Assembly (NCBI GenBank): GCA_977016875.1 | Contig: CDRNST010000123.1 | Location: 3,906,001 to 3,970,000, forward strand | Direction of reading: 5' to 3' | Length of the DNA stretch: 64,000 bases | Origin: Pavona decussata | Lineage: Eukaryota | Shown here: positions 59,575-64,000 of the stretch, piece after piece | Layout: each line of letters starts with the position of its first letter | How positions within the stretch are numbered: the first letter of the stretch is position 1 | Made by a program: the position numbers and the translations under genes | Notes under the pieces: model-generated | Told to the model about the DNA's origin: nothing | What the model saw: the letters and a program-made list of their open reading frames with translations, nothing else | The model's database searches: none

Positions 59575-60714
59575 TAAAGTGAAGCAAAACTAAAGCAAAC
59601 GCGAATTGCTATCGATATTCAATAGAACAAAAAGGCCTATTATTATTGATTTTCGAACGAGGAAAATGCCGACGCCTCTCACAAAACCCAAACAAGTGAG
59701 CCTGCTAGAAGAGTGGAGGGAGAAATGTAGGGACAACCTAAGGATAGGTGTGAGATGGTATGGGTGGATTGAAATGCAATTAAGAGTGGGTTGACGTGGC
59801 TACATTTTGATTAATTTAGCCATTGTACTGTAGACAAAGGAATTTCAACCCAAAGCTGGACTTACAGGTTCAAACCACATTCATGACATGCGTGAGTAAT
59901 AGCTTAACTTTAGGAACGAAAGGTTAAGATTCTAAACAATTTGCAAAGCTATTTTTAACTAAGAGATTGTCTTTGTTATCTTTTCAAGGTTATTGGAGTT
60001 TGCAATTCAAAATGCCATCATCCGTTTGAAATTCCAATCCCGTAAATCTTAGTAGAATTTCTTCGTTCCTTTTAGAATACATTCATAAAGAAGGACAAAT
60101 TGAAAATAAGTGAATTTTTTTATGGTGGGGGGGAGGGGATGAGAAAAATAAAGAGTGATTTTAAGGTGACTAAAAATTGAAATGACGTTTAGAACAAGAG
60201 AAGAGAACTGGCGGGCGAGTTGTCTCTCATTTCTGAAAGTCTGTGTGTTTCCTATTTTATATGTTACAAAAACTTCCTATAACCTCTTTTACTACATATT
60301 AAAACCAACAGATGGACGTAATCTTCTTTGTATCAATTTCCACAACTATGCAATGTTTTGTTTTGTGATAAAGCTATTCCCCTTTTGTCTGAACTGAGTC
60401 GCTTCGGTGTTATATTGCCGTTTGTGTAAATTTTTATCATAGTAAAAAGTCAAAAATAATAATTTCATGGCTATTCTCACTAGCAACTCACTATCGACTA
60501 AAACTTCCCTGCCGGAATAGTGTCCCCGGCTTTACTCCTTCTACCCCTGCGGTTTTTATTTCGCCAACGCCCGGGACCGGATTTTTGAACAGACAAATAA
60601 AGAAAATTTTAAATAAATAACTTTTATTCACCCTCTGCAGTGTTTATAGCACAAGTGCTGGTGGGGCCGAGCATTAAACTTCATAAAGAAGTAATTTAAA
60701 TTGAAAATAACCTG

Positions 60715-60876
60715 ATTAAAAACCCCAACTGACAGGAGACGGACCAACTGGCTATTTACAAGTGCAGCAGAAGGGGCTACCAAGAAACAACTCCAGCTAG
60801 CGGTCAGAGCGGGACTTGAACCCGGGACAACCGGATTTCAAGCCCAGCGCCCTAACCACTCGACCACGCTGCCTCC
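60715..60876 (-). mobile_element. tRNA-derived SINE
   Basis: Minus strand GGAGGCAGCGTGGTCGAGTGGTTAGGGCGCTGG...GGGTTCAAGTCCCG (A and B boxes) followed by a non-tRNA body. Confidence 0.75.
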
Positions 60877-60952
60877 CTTACCAAGTGAATCAGTCATATT
60901 TTAACATAGGATCAATGTAAAGGAACTAAATATAACATACTATGGGAAAGTA

Positions 60953-61428
60953 TGGTTCGTCTACGAGGACTCGAACCTCGGTCTGCTGCATTCAAGGCGG
61001 ACGTGATAACCTTTAAAGGGGCAGTATCATGGGAAATCGATGGGAGATATCATGATTTTCGGCCAAAATTCACTAAATTTAAACTTTGAACACTATGTTA
61101 ATTAATTTCTCAATCGCTAATTTAAAGAAATATTAATAGTGATTCTAAGACGAAAGGTTGAACCAAAATAAAGTACACCCAGCGATTTTTAGTGCGTTAC
61201 AACAGCAAAATTTGAAAACGTCTGCCAGACGTTTTCAAATTTGAACCCCTCTCTATCTTGGTCATCTGCCGGCGAAAATATCCTTGGATAGTTTCTTTGC
61301 ATTCTGATAGTCTTTTAATGGACTTTTGTCATTATATCTTGGCTGCTATCAACCGAATAGCATCTTTCCGATTTTTGATGTGTTACTAAAAATAGCGTGA
61401 TACTGTCCCTTTAAATCACAGGCAAACC
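60953..61428 (-). pseudogene. tRNA-Val-like pseudogene or SINE head, split by a TTAA MITE
   Basis: Minus strand GGTTTGCCTGTGA[insertion]GGTTATCACGTCCGCCTTGAATGCAGCAGACCGAGGTTCGAGTCCTCGTAGACGAACCA; T arm intact, anticodon arm decayed. Confidence 0.5.
61017..61410. mobile_element. MITE with TTAA TSD (Kolobok-like)
   Basis: TTAA|AGGGGCAGTATCATG...CGTGATACTGTCCCT|TTAA. Confidence 0.8.
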
Positions 61429-64000
61429 TACAGCAGAAGCGGATTTTGGTATTTTTATCCGATGGTCGAAATGTTGACCATGTTGATCTTGTTTCATACC
61501 AAAAGATGTGATTTTTACTTTCTCCAACCTGACGTTTCACAGATATCAGACGCTCGTGTGTATTAGGCGATTGACGGATGTTTACTCTTCAAATTATCAC
61601 GCCTACACTTATTTCATCTTTTTTTGACACATGGACCAAAAATGTTAATTAACGACCTCGTTAAAACCAAAAACCCTAACAAATCGCTTCTTGACCTCGA
61701 CGGCTTTACAAGCAGTTGACAGTTAAAAAAACATGCCGAAACGTGTCTGTTGGATTGAAAATCGTCCGCGTTTTATATCTAAAGCTAATTGTGACCTTCC
61801 TGCTGTCCAGACCGTTCTGATAAAAAAAATTATAATAATAATATTTGATAAGACATCTCAGTCGGTATTAACCATGAAACTAGAAAAATGTCACGTTGGT
61901 TTAGCGAGATGTGAACCCACGACCTCTATGATGTATGATTCCAGTACAAAATTTGATTATTTCACTTTGATAAATTTGGAGGATTTGCGAGAAAATGAAA
62001 TCCTAGCGTTTTCATTTATATCACTGAGTTGGTTAAACAACAAATACAAAATCAGGTTATATCAGTTAATTCGCTGGGGATACAGGTTCCTGGAATTCAT
62101 AAATCTTATCAAACCGAATCGGAAATGCAAATATCCAGGGTATAAGACGGTTTGTTAGAAACAACGAGGCCACGGGGAAGCCCCTTTCGTTTCTTTAATT
62201 GGCCTCTACCCACCGATGTAGTTGATTTCCGCTGGTTTTCGTCCGCGCAACGCGTCTCTTTAGCACGTTGCACGCCCCTCCCCAACCCATCCCCTCTGCC
62301 ATCGACAAAAACCGCGCTTTCAGGCGCAGGCCGTATGAGAAATGCAGAAATACCATCATCGCGTGCGAACCTAAATTGAAACCCTGACCCTCGTAGGCGT
62401 ACCTGTCAATCTATTATTTTTTGGTTCTCCGTCTCTGTTCACAATTTCCCTGAAATTCATTAAGTCCTCCTTACACCTCTCCTTTTATTCGTTTATAAAC
62501 CTTTAATAAAAAGACGAAAACTTCTGCAAGATTTATGAAGCTGCGCACGCAATGCGAACCTGTGCGGATGGCATTCTTCGATTGCGTGAAATCTCGAAAG
62601 AAACGGCTGAACTTTAGGAAAAACAAAGCATTCAGTAGCAAGTAATCTTTCCTTAAGAGAACGCAATTCAGTCAATTCGTTCGCTTAATCCTTCATGGAC
62701 AAATCTCTAAGGATGTTTACAAAAGCGATTATCAAGCACAATTAAATAATTCACATAACCGACCGATTGCCTGGCACTCATTCAATAACTTTACACGCGA
62801 TGACAATCATTTCAAAGATGTTTTCACTAACACTACAGTTTTCACAGACAGAAGATAATCGACAACTTTTGGATTTCCACCTCGCGTGGGTGGCGCTGAA
62901 ATGCCCCTATCATTTAACCCTGATATATATATATATCTCCTTTACAGTAATCTTAGGTACTTGGGTTAAGTTTGAGAGAAGGCCTTCAATTAAGCTCAGA
63001 GGCTCCACTGCGTCGGTGTTCTGTCGATTTTACATCAAGAAACGAATTGGAGTACTTGCTTCCCACAGAAAACAAATGCAGTGGCCAGGCTTAAAAACGC
63101 CTAGCTTAACACACACTTGAACTCTCATTAACGCCCTCTGAACTCGTATCATTTGAAAAGTTGTTCTCTGTGCTTTTATTTCTGGAAATAAATTAAAACT
63201 AATACTTCCAGAATAAAGCAATGTCCTCTTGCTCGAGAATTTTTCAGTGGATAAGCGGCAATTCTTGTCCCAAAAAGATGTTCTACAAACAATAACCTAT
63301 AGTAACTACAAGATTCACATTCCTAGAGGTCACACTGGTGTACATTAGAAAGATTGAAGGATTGAATTCCCGGACATAAATACCCTATAATGCAGCAAAA
63401 ACTTGTTTTCTGCAACAGATATCAATGCTTAGTACAATGATATTTTCAAACGTTGTTTATGCGTTTGCATTTTTTTTTTTCAGTAAAATTAAATAAACTG
63501 AACTTTTTCCGGAAGGCTTATTGCAATATTTATCTTCAAAGCCGAGGAGTGCTTACATTTATTCATACACTATTTATCTTGGAAGGAGAATAATTCGGTG
63601 TTCCAAAATAAATACGACCATTGTTAGATAATGTTTTTGATTGTGATGTTTCAGGCCAAATTAAAAAGCTACTGCAGTAATGGAAAAAATGCAATAGACA
63701 GTGTTATACTCTCTTTTCAAGAACTTGAATTGTGAATCTAAATATTCACAGAGTTCATTCAAATTCATGAGACGTGCTCGTCAAGTCAAGTCAAGAGATG
63801 GGCACTACAAGTAAAATGTCAGTAATTTCCAAGTGCTTTGGAAATGTTCTTTAAACAAATAATACCATGCTCTAAGCCAATCAGAGGTGAGCATGTAAGC
63901 AGTTTTAACGTCATGGGTCTTCGGAAGGTTTAACATATCATGGGCGATTTATGAAGATCTCGACTTGGCCTTCTTGGAGAAAGGTAAGGGTTTTGCCAAG

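Overview
AT-rich, intron-containing animal genomic DNA. The repeat landscape suggests an anthozoan or stony coral (inference, not verified). Three spliced genes can be reconstructed by hand. (1) A CEP152/asterless homologue on the minus strand has 16 exons (20231 to 1154) and continues past the left edge. (2) A p24-gamma cargo receptor (TMED7/TMED3-like, 3 exons, 209 aa) sits head-to-head with it. (3) A synphilin-1 (SNCAIP)-like ankyrin/coiled-coil gene has 11 coding exons and about 932 aa. Between them is an intronless 290-aa polytopic membrane protein built from two ~120-aa repeats. TMED intron 1 holds a full-length pogo-superfamily DD35D transposon and a recent Penelope-like (GIY-YIG) fragment. 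Three separate Penelope-related loci carry the same atypical minimal hammerhead-ribozyme motif, with U3-A8 core covariation, an extra U and covarying stems. The rest is MITEs (TA, TTAA, 6-bp and 9-bp TSD classes), tRNA-derived SINEs, local tandem duplications, microsatellites and one 138-N assembly gap. No prokaryotic features or CRISPR arrays were seen. All family assignments come from recalled motifs, not database searches.
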